64,000 nt of DNA, taken from positions 3,990 through 67,989 of the forward strand of contig CACFMU010000002.1 of the NCBI GenBank assembly GCA_902567435.1, written 5' to 3'. This document shows positions 20,938 through 29,489 of this stretch, piece by piece. Every line of letters begins with the position of its first letter. The first letter of the stretch is position 1. The stretch is from an uncultured Pelagibacteraceae bacterium. GTDB lineage: Bacteria; Pseudomonadota; Alphaproteobacteria; Pelagibacterales; Pelagibacteraceae. Made by a program: the position numbers and the translations under genes. The notes below the pieces were generated by a model that worked only from the letters and a program-made list of their open reading frames with translations, searched no databases and was not told the DNA's origin.

Positions 20938-21737
20938 TGACTTCTTTAATTAATCAGGCTTTTCAAAATGCAAAAAGTGAAAATAGACCAGCTTTACTTA
21001 CTTACACCGTAGCTGGTGATAATACTAAAAAAAGATCTTTAGAGATATTAAAATCAATTTCTAATTATGCAGACATTTGCGAATTAGGATTTCCACATAA
21101 CACGCCTATTGCAGACGGTGGCCAAATACAAACTAGTGCTTATCGTGCTATCAAGAATGGAATTAAAATTAATGACGTATTTTCAATAGCTAAAGAATTT
21201 AAAAGCCAAAAAAAAGATAAACCTATTATTCTAATGGGCTATTACAACATGATTTTTCAATACAATGAAAATAAATTTTTAGAAAAATGTAAAAAATCAA
21301 AAGTCGATGGATTAATTGTTGTAGATTTACCTTATCCAGAAAACAAAAATTTTGCTGCTAAATGTAAAAAAAAAGGAATTAACTTTATTCAATTAGTATC
21401 CCCAACCACATCTAAGATAAGATTAAAAAAAATAATCAAGGACTCTCATGATATGATTTATTATATAAGTATGCTTTCTACAACTGGAGGCAAATTGAAA
21501 GTTTCACCTAAAAAAATACTGGAGAGATACAGAAAAATAAAAAATCAAAATAAATCTAAGAACGTCGTAATTGGATTCGGAATTACTGAAAAAACAATAA
21601 AATCGCTTAAAAAGGCTGATGGATTAGTTGTTGGAAGTGCAATTTGTAAGGAAATTTCTAATTCAATTAATAAAAGACAAAATACTGTCACAAATGTTAC
21701 TAATATCGTCAAGAGATTGAAAAATAAAATTATATGA
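20937..21737 (+). CDS. trpA: Tryptophan synthase alpha chain
   Basis: ELGFP..PIADGGQIQ, MGYYN, VDLP, GFGI, VVGSA. Confidence 0.95.
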   Translation: MTSLINQAFQNAKSENRPALLTYTVAGDNTKKRSLEILKSISNYADICELGFPHNTPIADGGQIQTSAYRAIKNGIKINDVFSIAKEFKSQKKDKPIILMGYYNMIFQYNENKFLEKCKKSKVDGLIVVDLPYPENKNFAAKCKKKGINFIQLVSPTTSKIRLKKIIKDSHDMIYYISMLSTTGGKLKVSPKKILERYRKIKNQNKSKNVVIGFGITEKTIKSLKKADGLVVGSAICKEISNSINKRQNTVTNVTNIVKRLKNKII

Positions 21738-22663
21738 ACTGGATTACAAAAATAATTAAGGCAGGTGAGAAAATTAAAACTGCTTTTCATGAGAGAGCTT
21801 CTAAGGAAGATATAGCTAAAAGTGATTGGACTTCATGTTGTAAAGGGCCAATACTAAAAAAAGATTTAGCTAATAATTTATGGGTATGCCCAGACTGTAA
21901 TAAACATCATCGAATTAAACCAAGTCAAAGATTTGATATATTATTTGGTAAGAATAATTATGAAATTTTAGAAACTCCTTTGCCACAAGATGATCCTCTT
22001 GGATTTGTAGATAGTAAGCCATACAAAGAGAGATTAAAAAGTGCCAGAAAAAAAACAGGACTAAAATGTAGTATGGTTGTTGCAACCGGTTCTATTAACA
22101 ATATTAAAATTACATCTATCGCTTCTGACTTTGATTTTTTAGGAGCATCAATTGAAGCTGCTGAAGGTGAAGCTATTCTTTTTGCTGCACAATATGCAAT
22201 AGAAAACAAACAACCTTTGCTAATTTGCACAAGTGGTGGGGGAATGCGTATGCAAGCTTCGATGATTAGCTTAAGCCAAATGCCTCGTTCAATTTTAGCA
22301 ATTAACGAATTGAAAAAACATAATTTACCTTATTTAGTTCTATTCACAGATCCAACTGCTGGAGGAATTACCGCAAGTTATGCAATGGTTGGTGATATTC
22401 ATATTGCAGAGCCAGGTGCTCTTATAGCATTTGCTGGGGCCAGAGTTATACAAGGAACTGTAAACGAACAGTTGCCGCCGGGTTTTCAAAAATCTGAATA
22501 TCTCGAGAAATCAGGCTTTGTAGATTTGATCGTAGATAGAAAAGATCTTTCATCAAAAATAGGAACTTTATTATCAATATTGTTAAAACAAAATTCTGCT
22601 ATAAGTTCTGAAAAAAATGAAACTACAGAAGATTCTCAATCGCTTACTAGAGAAGCATCCTAA
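21734..22663 (+). CDS. accD: Acetyl-CoA carboxylase carboxyltransferase beta subunit
   Basis: Zn finger, GGMRMQ, DPTAGGITASYA, AEPGALIAFAG. Confidence 0.94.
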   Translation: MNWITKIIKAGEKIKTAFHERASKEDIAKSDWTSCCKGPILKKDLANNLWVCPDCNKHHRIKPSQRFDILFGKNNYEILETPLPQDDPLGFVDSKPYKERLKSARKKTGLKCSMVVATGSINNIKITSIASDFDFLGASIEAAEGEAILFAAQYAIENKQPLLICTSGGGMRMQASMISLSQMPRSILAINELKKHNLPYLVLFTDPTAGGITASYAMVGDIHIAEPGALIAFAGARVIQGTVNEQLPPGFQKSEYLEKSGFVDLIVDRKDLSSKIGTLLSILLKQNSAISSEKNETTEDSQSLTREAS

Positions 22664-23885
22664 AGAAAAAATAGATCTTAGTTTAGATCGTATTAAAGAA
22701 CTCTGTAAAAAATTAGGTAATCCTCAAGACAAAATTAAAGCCATATCTGTGGTGGGTAGCAATGGCAAGAACAGCTCAATCAATGCAAAGTTTGCTATAT
22801 TAAAAGAAGCTAATTTCAATTGTAATGTTTACACTAGCCCTCATATTCTAAAAATAAATGAACGATTTGTATTCAATAATGAGGAATTAAGTGATGATAA
22901 GTTAGCTGATTTATTTGAAGAAATAGAAAGTTTTAATGAAAATAAACCAATTACATTCTTTGAAATATTAACAGCATCTTATTTTTATAAAGCTGCTCAG
23001 TACCCTGACAACATTAACCTTGTAGAGGCTGGCTTGTTTCACCGATTTGATGCAACTAACATACTTAAAGAAAACTTAGCTAGTGTCATATGCTCATGTT
23101 CTATTGACCACACTGACTGGCTCCCAAAAGATGAAAGAACAATTGAAAAAATTGTATTTGAAAAAACATCTACACTTTTAAATTCAAATATTATTGTAGC
23201 TAAACAAAGCACTAAAGAGACAATGGATTGTATCAAAAAAACTATTTCTCAAAATAAATCTAATAAAGTGTTTTTTAATGATGATTTTAGTTACTCTGTA
23301 AATGAAAATGGATCCTTTTATTATGAGGATAAATTTGGTGGATTAAAACTTCCAATACCTAATGTTCTTGGTCAATATCAATTAGAAAATATCTCAACAG
23401 CAATAGCAACTTTAAGAACTTTAGATATTGGCATCAAGGATGAGCATATTCAAAGAGGTGTTACTAAAATATCTAGTTTAGCAAGACTTCAGGAAATTAA
23501 GTCTGGTAAATTAAAAGAACTTGTTAAAAATAATAAATTAATAGTTGATGGAAGCCATAACGAAGGTGGAGCTAAAGCATTAAACGAATATCTTCAAAGT
23601 TTAGATTGTAATAAGCATCTAATTATTGGAATGATGTCTAACAAGCGACATGAAGAATATATTAGCTACTTAAAAGATATCTCCTCAATAACAACAATAG
23701 ACATACCCAATCAAATTAATGCTATCAAAGGTTTAGAACTAAGAGATAAATTTAAAAACCACCCTAATGTTCAATATCAAGCAAGTATAGAAGAAGCTAT
23801 TAAATCAATACCATTAAAAAAAAATGATCTTTTATTAATAACTGGTTCTTTATACCTTGCAGGTGAAGTATTAAATTTAAACTAA
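22617..23885 (+). CDS. folC: Folylpolyglutamate synthase/dihydrofolate synthase
   Basis: GSNGK, YTSPH, FFEILTA, DATN, DGSHN, TGSLYLAG. Confidence 0.94.
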   Translation: MKLQKILNRLLEKHPKEKIDLSLDRIKELCKKLGNPQDKIKAISVVGSNGKNSSINAKFAILKEANFNCNVYTSPHILKINERFVFNNEELSDDKLADLFEEIESFNENKPITFFEILTASYFYKAAQYPDNINLVEAGLFHRFDATNILKENLASVICSCSIDHTDWLPKDERTIEKIVFEKTSTLLNSNIIVAKQSTKETMDCIKKTISQNKSNKVFFNDDFSYSVNENGSFYYEDKFGGLKLPIPNVLGQYQLENISTAIATLRTLDIGIKDEHIQRGVTKISSLARLQEIKSGKLKELVKNNKLIVDGSHNEGGAKALNEYLQSLDCNKHLIIGMMSNKRHEEYISYLKDISSITTIDIPNQINAIKGLELRDKFKNHPNVQYQASIEEAIKSIPLKKNDLLLITGSLYLAGEVLNLN

Positions 23886-24199
23886 AGATTTTCGTCTAGC
23901 CACGTTTTTACATGGCCCTCTGGGGCACCACCCACCTTACGCGAAATTTCAATTCCCTTCTTATACAAAATTAATGTGGGAACGCCACGAATACCAGCAG
24001 CGGAACCTGTGTTGATCCCATTATTTTCTATATCAGCGTAATACATGTTACACTTTTCTTTGTACTCTTCTGATAACTTATCCATTATGGGCTTCAAACT
24101 TTTACATGGCCCGCACCACGCTGCCGAAAATTGTATGACTGATGCATCTTCTTGTTTAATTTTATTTTCAAAGTCTTCATCTTTAAAATCTATAAGCAT
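23882..24199 (-). CDS. trxA: Thioredoxin (atypical, GC-rich)
   Basis: WCGPC active site, GIRGVPT cis-Pro loop. Confidence 0.9.
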   Translation of the reverse strand: MLIDFKDEDFENKIKQEDASVIQFSAAWCGPCKSLKPIMDKLSEEYKEKCNMYYADIENNGINTGSAAGIRGVPTLILYKKGIEISRKVGGAPEGHVKTWLDENL

Positions 24200-24295
24200 A
24201 ATTTATCCTTTTAATCTAAATTTAAAATTTGTATCCTACGTATGTATTGATTGAAGTTCAATTTTTCAACTATTAACTTTATTTTTTTATATAAT

Positions 24296-24754
24296 TTATA
24301 ATAATTTACTTAATCTAGAAGACCTTTTTTCATTCAAAACTCTTCTAACTAATTTTCTATTACAAGGCACTCCAAGAGCTTTAGCTACTTTATCAGCTAT
24401 AGAAGATTTTGATTCTTTTTTGTTTTCAGCTTTATCAAATATTTCCAAGATTTTTTTTTCTTTATTCTTAACATTTTCTATTCCAAGAGAAGTATTATTA
24501 CTTAAAAACATAATTTTTTTAATTTCGTTGATTTTTGTCAAAGAAAGGATTTTATAAGCTGTTGGCACAGAACCTCCTGAACCCTCTCTTTTAAATTTAC
24601 ACATTTTAATATTATGATTAAAGCTAAACCTTGGTAGATTATCTTTTCTTACGGATATCTTGTTTTTTATTAAAAATTCTAAAAATCCATCAGTATCCAA
24701 ATATCCTTCAGGTATTTCTTCAAATAATTTTAAATTATAAGGATTATTTTGCAT
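24296..24754 (-). CDS. Hypothetical protein, possible C-terminal helix-turn-helix
   Basis: 152-aa ORF with GGAG RBS; SSIADKVAKALGVPCNRKLVRRVL is HTH-like. Confidence 0.6.
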   Translation of the reverse strand: MQNNPYNLKLFEEIPEGYLDTDGFLEFLIKNKISVRKDNLPRFSFNHNIKMCKFKREGSGGSVPTAYKILSLTKINEIKKIMFLSNNTSLGIENVKNKEKKILEIFDKAENKKESKSSIADKVAKALGVPCNRKLVRRVLNEKRSSRLSKLL

Positions 24755-24768
24755 ATAATCTCCGAGAA

Positions 24769-25962
24769 TTAATTTAAGTTATCTTTATCCTTGGTTAAGT
24801 TTTCCTCAAACTCTAATAATTTATCCTGCATGGGAGTTGTTTTTGGTATTGGAGTAGAAGGATTGATTCCCTGATCTTGTAGTTTTTCAATTCTTTGTTC
24901 CAAGCTAGCTTTTCCAGCCCATGCACCATTGATAACTTTTTTTAAACTTTCCCCATGACTATTAAAACTATTCATTGTTTGGATAAGGTACTTTTTTAAA
25001 ACTGAATATTTATCCATTAAGTGAGTAGCAGTGTCTGTAATTTCCTTCACACCATTGATTTGTTTTTCTTTGTCTTTAATAGTTTGAACAATAGAGATTA
25101 TTGCTAAAAGGTTTTTAGGTCCTACTAGTAATATGTTTTTTTTATAAGCATATTCATAAAGATCTGGAAAATGTTCTAAAGCTGCTAAGTAAGCAGCTTC
25201 ATGGCACATATACATTATTACTTTTTCAAAAACATCTTTCTTTAAATTTTTCATATAATCTTTTTTCGATAGATCATCGATATGTTTTCTAACAGCTAAA
25301 GCATGTTTTTTAAATTGCTCATCTTTTTCTTGATCATCTGTTGCCATTACAAATTTTTTCCAATTATCTAATGAAACTTTTGAGTCACATATAATATGAT
25401 TTCCATCAGCTAAATTTATTACTATGTCTGGCTTAACTGTTTGCGTGGTATCATCTTCTATATTCAAAACTTCTTCTTTCTTTTGTTTGGTATAATCAAT
25501 ACCCAACTTAAAACCATGAAACTGCAAGGATTGTTCTAGAAATTTTTCACCAAAATCTCCTTGATATTTTGAATTTCCCGTAAGTTTGTCAATAAATGTT
25601 TGTTGATCTTTAATCATTTTAGAATGTTCTGTCATATTAGTAGTCAGCACAGTTTTAAATTCATCAACTTTTCCTAAGCTTTTAAGCTGCTCAGCGCTAG
25701 TTGCTCTTTCAGTTTTTAAACTATCTTCAACATTGCTTTTAAGCTCCTCAAGACTATTAATTTTTTCTTTTAATAAATCAGCCTCTGAATTCTTTTCAGC
25801 TTCCAATAATTCCATTTGATGTTTTTGATTTTTTAACTCTTCATCTTTTAATCTTAAGTTTTCAATTTCTTCAGAGTTATCTTTTTTTTGAAAAAACTTA
25901 ATATAAGCTAACCATAGAATTGATGTTATTGCTGCTGTTACTAATATTGTAATTAAATTCAT
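24769..25962 (-). CDS. rmuC: DNA recombination protein RmuC family
   Basis: N-terminal TM, coiled coil, GDFGE..LE, KPDIVINL..IICDSKVSL, HIDDLSKKDY. Confidence 0.88.
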   Translation of the reverse strand: MNLITILVTAAITSILWLAYIKFFQKKDNSEEIENLRLKDEELKNQKHQMELLEAEKNSEADLLKEKINSLEELKSNVEDSLKTERATSAEQLKSLGKVDEFKTVLTTNMTEHSKMIKDQQTFIDKLTGNSKYQGDFGEKFLEQSLQFHGFKLGIDYTKQKKEEVLNIEDDTTQTVKPDIVINLADGNHIICDSKVSLDNWKKFVMATDDQEKDEQFKKHALAVRKHIDDLSKKDYMKNLKKDVFEKVIMYMCHEAAYLAALEHFPDLYEYAYKKNILLVGPKNLLAIISIVQTIKDKEKQINGVKEITDTATHLMDKYSVLKKYLIQTMNSFNSHGESLKKVINGAWAGKASLEQRIEKLQDQGINPSTPIPKTTPMQDKLLEFEENLTKDKDNLN

Positions 25963-25974
25963 TAATTGATTCCT

Positions 25975-26349
25975 TTATTGTATTGTATTGTTTGCTGCAT
26001 CTAATTTCAACTCAGGTGCATTTTCATTTAAATATTCAGACATATTCTTTGTAACTTCATCAGTAGATGTTTCATTTACATGTTTAAATAAATTGTAAGA
26101 GACATTTAATATTGCTCTTTGTTTTATGTGATAAAGAAAATGATAATAGGTAAAATCAGTATTCATTCTACATTCTTTAACAAATTCATCGATTTCATCA
26201 CATATTTTTCTAGCAAATTTATTAGTTCTTTCACGCTCCTGGTCTTCTATAGATAACAACTGGGTAGCATTTTCTGCCTCTACTATATTTTTATTAATAG
26301 GAATAACGTTTGTTGTTTTTTTTTTACTATTCTTTTTAATTTTTGGCAT
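25975..26349 (-). CDS. Hypothetical protein
   Basis: AGGAG RBS before ATG 26349 (MPKIKK); overlaps the end of the upstream ORF. Confidence 0.65.
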   Translation of the reverse strand: MPKIKKNSKKKTTNVIPINKNIVEAENATQLLSIEDQERERTNKFARKICDEIDEFVKECRMNTDFTYYHFLYHIKQRAILNVSYNLFKHVNETSTDEVTKNMSEYLNENAPELKLDAANNTIQ

Positions 26350-26650
26350 TTTTTCTCCTATATTTGATTTGTGGCACCTCATATTTATTAAGCTCTTCTT
26401 TTAAAACCTCAATTTCACTAAGGGCCTTGTGATATTGAGAGTGTTCTCTGATCTTTTGAAAAAAATTAAGTGTTATAATGGGTAGGTAAATTAAACTATA
26501 GATTGTAAATATAAGCTTATTATCTCGAAACCTTCTTTTTTTTGCTTCAGCAATTAAACCTCTAAACTTTAAGTAATTCTTTTGATCATTTGCCCAGTTT
26601 TCTCGATGAGTAAGGCAATCTTTTAAAACATAATAATATTTATCTTTCAT
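26336..26650 (-). CDS. Hypothetical protein with one hydrophobic segment
   Basis: AAAGGAG RBS; LIFTIYSLIYLPIITLNFF segment. Confidence 0.65.
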   Translation of the reverse strand: MKDKYYYVLKDCLTHRENWANDQKNYLKFRGLIAEAKKRRFRDNKLIFTIYSLIYLPIITLNFFQKIREHSQYHKALSEIEVLKEELNKYEVPQIKYRRKNAKN

Positions 26651-26664
26651 GATGCTCCTTTAAG

Positions 26665-26817
26665 ATATTGAAGCTCAGATTCTCACAACAGAAAGGATTG
26701 AGATAAAAAAAATGAGAACCTGAGTTTTCAATATATGATTTTGAAATATTTAAGCTTAAGCACTTCCAACAGAAAGCAGAAAGAAAGGAATGAAGTAAAC
26801 TTAAGTGTTCAATATTT
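26665..26817 (-). ncRNA. Putative structured leader/sRNA: two tandem hairpins with conserved stem base and CUUUCUGUUG loop
   Basis: Inverted repeats 26665-26685/26713-26734 and 26744-26766/26792-26817; both loops share CAACAGAAAG on +. Confidence 0.65.
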
Positions 26818-26832
26818 TTTATCATTGAGAAC

Positions 26833-26861
26833 AATATATATAATAAAATTACTGTTGTCAA
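26833..26861 (-). promoter_or_regulatory. Leftward sigma70 promoter
   Basis: TTGACA (26861-26856)-17 bp-TATATT (26838-26833). Confidence 0.7.
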
Positions 26862-26867
26862 CAGTAA
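26849..26867. promoter_or_regulatory. Palindromic operator candidate
   Basis: Perfect TTACTGTTG-T-CAACAGTAA covering the -35 of the leftward promoter. Confidence 0.65.
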
Positions 26868-26876
26868 AAATATCTA

Positions 26877-26905
26877 TTTACAAATAAATTTTACTTCTAT
26901 ATAAA
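26877..26905 (+). promoter_or_regulatory. Rightward promoter for the repressor gene
   Basis: TTTACA-17 bp-TATAAA. Confidence 0.5.
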
Positions 26906-26934
26906 GTACTATATATAAAGAATCAACAAATCCA

Positions 26935-28041
26935 ATGAATACAATTATTAACGAAAAAAACCGAGAATTGCTTCTAAAAGTACTAAAGTTATCAAATTTA
27001 ACTAAAGCTCAATGTAGCTACTTGTTAGGAAAGCATCAAAAATCACTAGATACCTATATTTATAAATACTCAGACATAAATTTTCCACCAAGTTTTGCTT
27101 TTTTCTTTCTTAGTTCAGTTGCAACTTCTCAAACTTCCTTTTGGGATAAGTCCCAAAAAATAAGCAAGTTTAACTATTTTAAAAAATTAGATCATGTAGA
27201 TAACCACGAGTTTTATAAGTTACTAAACAATTGTGAGGATTTGGAAATAGTTAAAAAATTAATCATGCCATGCCTAGAACACCATTGTATGCTCTTAATT
27301 AGATTGTCAAATTCACAATTTGTTCATGATGCAGATTATTTTGAAGAAGAATACATTAATCTAGCAATGCCAGGAATAAGAGAGTCTATTGAAGAGTATG
27401 AAGATTATAAAAATGGGATTGAAGATGGATCGAGAGTTAGTCCTAATGAAGCTTTAAAAAATATTCAAAACCAAAAATTATTAGAATCTATAAAAAATTT
27501 TTTTCTTCACGCAGAAATTTTAAGAAAACATTATATGGAAAACTTTGTTGCACCCCATGAGACTTTCAAACTACCTGTTTTAAATTCAAACGAAAAAATT
27601 TTGTTTTCAAAAGATTTTATAAAAAGAAATTTAAATATAAAAAAATATGATGATTTAGTTTTAATGAATGTAGACGAAGATAATATGCAAGGAACATTTA
27701 ATAAAAATGATATTGCATTAATAGTGAAATTTAAAAATAATATACTGCCACAAAAATATGAAGATGGTATTTATGCACTAAATATAAATGAAAAAATTTC
27801 TGTTAGAAGGCTGCAATTTTTAAAACTACCTAAGAGAACTTTGGTTACAATTATTTCAGATAATAAGAATTATAGTGATCAAAACGTTGCTCTGGAAGAT
27901 CTGAATATATTTGGTGAAGTTGTTTGGAAATGTAATAGTTTTAAAGATATAAAATTTGAAAAATATATTGATAACACACCCGATTTATTTTCAGAGGAAA
28001 AAACAACAATTAACAAAATTTTAGAGAAGGAAACTGCATAA
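26935..28041 (+). CDS. CI/LexA-like regulator: N-terminal HTH-like region plus C-terminal S24-fold domain lacking catalytic residues
   Basis: LTKAQCSYLLG HTH-like; VDEDNMQGTF..D..LIV...DGIYAL...VRRLQ...IISDNKNY...IFGEVVW. Confidence 0.75.
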   Translation: MNTIINEKNRELLLKVLKLSNLTKAQCSYLLGKHQKSLDTYIYKYSDINFPPSFAFFFLSSVATSQTSFWDKSQKISKFNYFKKLDHVDNHEFYKLLNNCEDLEIVKKLIMPCLEHHCMLLIRLSNSQFVHDADYFEEEYINLAMPGIRESIEEYEDYKNGIEDGSRVSPNEALKNIQNQKLLESIKNFFLHAEILRKHYMENFVAPHETFKLPVLNSNEKILFSKDFIKRNLNIKKYDDLVLMNVDEDNMQGTFNKNDIALIVKFKNNILPQKYEDGIYALNINEKISVRRLQFLKLPKRTLVTIISDNKNYSDQNVALEDLNIFGEVVWKCNSFKDIKFEKYIDNTPDLFSEEKTTINKILEKETA

Positions 28042-28042
28042 G

Positions 28043-29488
28043 ATGGATTATAATTATATATTTTTTGACTGTGAAACAAACAGTGGAAGATCACATGCTG
28101 ATATTTTAACTATTTCAGCATTATTTGTTGATAAAAATTTTAAATTAATTGAGGAATTTAATTGTGCAGCTCGTCTTAGAAAATCTAGAATATATGAGAT
28201 AGATAGTTTCTTAGTAAATGGAATGGATCCTTTCGAAGTTGATAAACACCCCTTCTCTAATTTTGATTTAACGAAAAAAACTAATGATAAATTTATCTCT
28301 TGGATAAATAAAGGGCCTGTATTGTTTTGTGCGCACAACGGATACCAATTCGATTATATGCTAACATCTACGCACCTTTTTACCAATCTCTTTACATGGC
28401 CTTGGATATTTTCAACAGGAAATGCCAAACAAATAGATTCTTTACCAATTCTACAAAATTTTGATTTTTATTCTCCAAATACAATTGCAATCGAATTAAA
28501 TGAAAAATCTAATAAAACTTTTAAATTAAGTAGTTTATGTCGGATGAATGGTTTTGACCTTGGAGATAAAGCTCATACAGCAGAGGCAGATACTTTGGGA
28601 ATGAATAAACTAATGGAATTAGTGAGTAAAAAGAATCCAGAGTTATTTAAAAAATGTATTAGTCTTAATGATAAGAAAAATGTTTTATCAAGAATAAAAG
28701 ATGTTGATTATTTTTGTCACCCTGAAACATTTTTCGGTCGAACTAGACAATTTACTTCAAGTTATCTTTGTGAACATCCAGTATACAAAGGTTATCATTT
28801 AGTTTTTGATTTAAAGCATGATCCTGAGGCAATGTTTTCAGAAAAATCTAATACAGTTTTAAAAAAAATTCTTAACGGTGCTCCAAAAAAATACAGAACT
28901 ATAAAAGCTAATAAAAATCCTTTTATTCAAGATAAATCATGGGCTACAAAATTTGGTGATGAGTATACAACGCTTGGACATGAAATATTAGAACAGAGAG
29001 CAAACTTTGTAGTTGAAAATAGAGATGAGCTTGCTAACAGAGTTAGCTTAATTATTAGTGATCAATTTGAAAGTCAGAATTTAGATCAAACAGAATTACT
29101 TCCTGAACAAATGATTTTTACATTAAATCCTTCTCCATCAGATAAATCATTGATGAATCATTTTGTGATGACAAACTCTATGGATGAGCAGAAAAAAATT
29201 CACAAAAGTTTCAAAGGTCCTATTAAACATTTATCTGAAATGATACTGCTTGATAGATTTGGAGAAGAACCTTTTACAAAAGCTGAATATACAAGAATTA
29301 GAAAAGGTATAAGCAGAAGATTGCTCTCAACCAACAAAGAAGCTTTTCCAACTATTCCTGATGGAATGGCGCGTATTGATCAGCTTAGAGTTGAAAAAAA
29401 AGATGAACCTGAGCAATTAAAAATTATTGAAAATATAAATAAACATTTAGAGATGACTGCATCTGAACATGAAAAATATTTAAAATAA
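28043..29488 (+). CDS. sbcB: Exodeoxyribonuclease I-like DEDDh 3'-5' exonuclease
   Basis: FFDCET, AHNGYQFD, FKLSSL..NG....AHTAEADT; ExoI-sized (481 aa). Confidence 0.8.
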   Translation: MDYNYIFFDCETNSGRSHADILTISALFVDKNFKLIEEFNCAARLRKSRIYEIDSFLVNGMDPFEVDKHPFSNFDLTKKTNDKFISWINKGPVLFCAHNGYQFDYMLTSTHLFTNLFTWPWIFSTGNAKQIDSLPILQNFDFYSPNTIAIELNEKSNKTFKLSSLCRMNGFDLGDKAHTAEADTLGMNKLMELVSKKNPELFKKCISLNDKKNVLSRIKDVDYFCHPETFFGRTRQFTSSYLCEHPVYKGYHLVFDLKHDPEAMFSEKSNTVLKKILNGAPKKYRTIKANKNPFIQDKSWATKFGDEYTTLGHEILEQRANFVVENRDELANRVSLIISDQFESQNLDQTELLPEQMIFTLNPSPSDKSLMNHFVMTNSMDEQKKIHKSFKGPIKHLSEMILLDRFGEEPFTKAEYTRIRKGISRRLLSTNKEAFPTIPDGMARIDQLRVEKKDEPEQLKIIENINKHLEMTASEHEKYLK

Positions 29489-29489
29489 T

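Noticed and set aside
26665-26817. CRISPR array interpretation of the tandem units
   Set aside because: Only two units, no identical direct repeats with unique spacers, no cas1/cas2; the Cas4-like nuclease is of the phage type
26640-26861. 73-aa minus-strand ORF across the hairpin region
   Set aside because: Its TTG start is the -35 box itself, upstream of the predicted transcription start; the sequence is better explained by RNA structure
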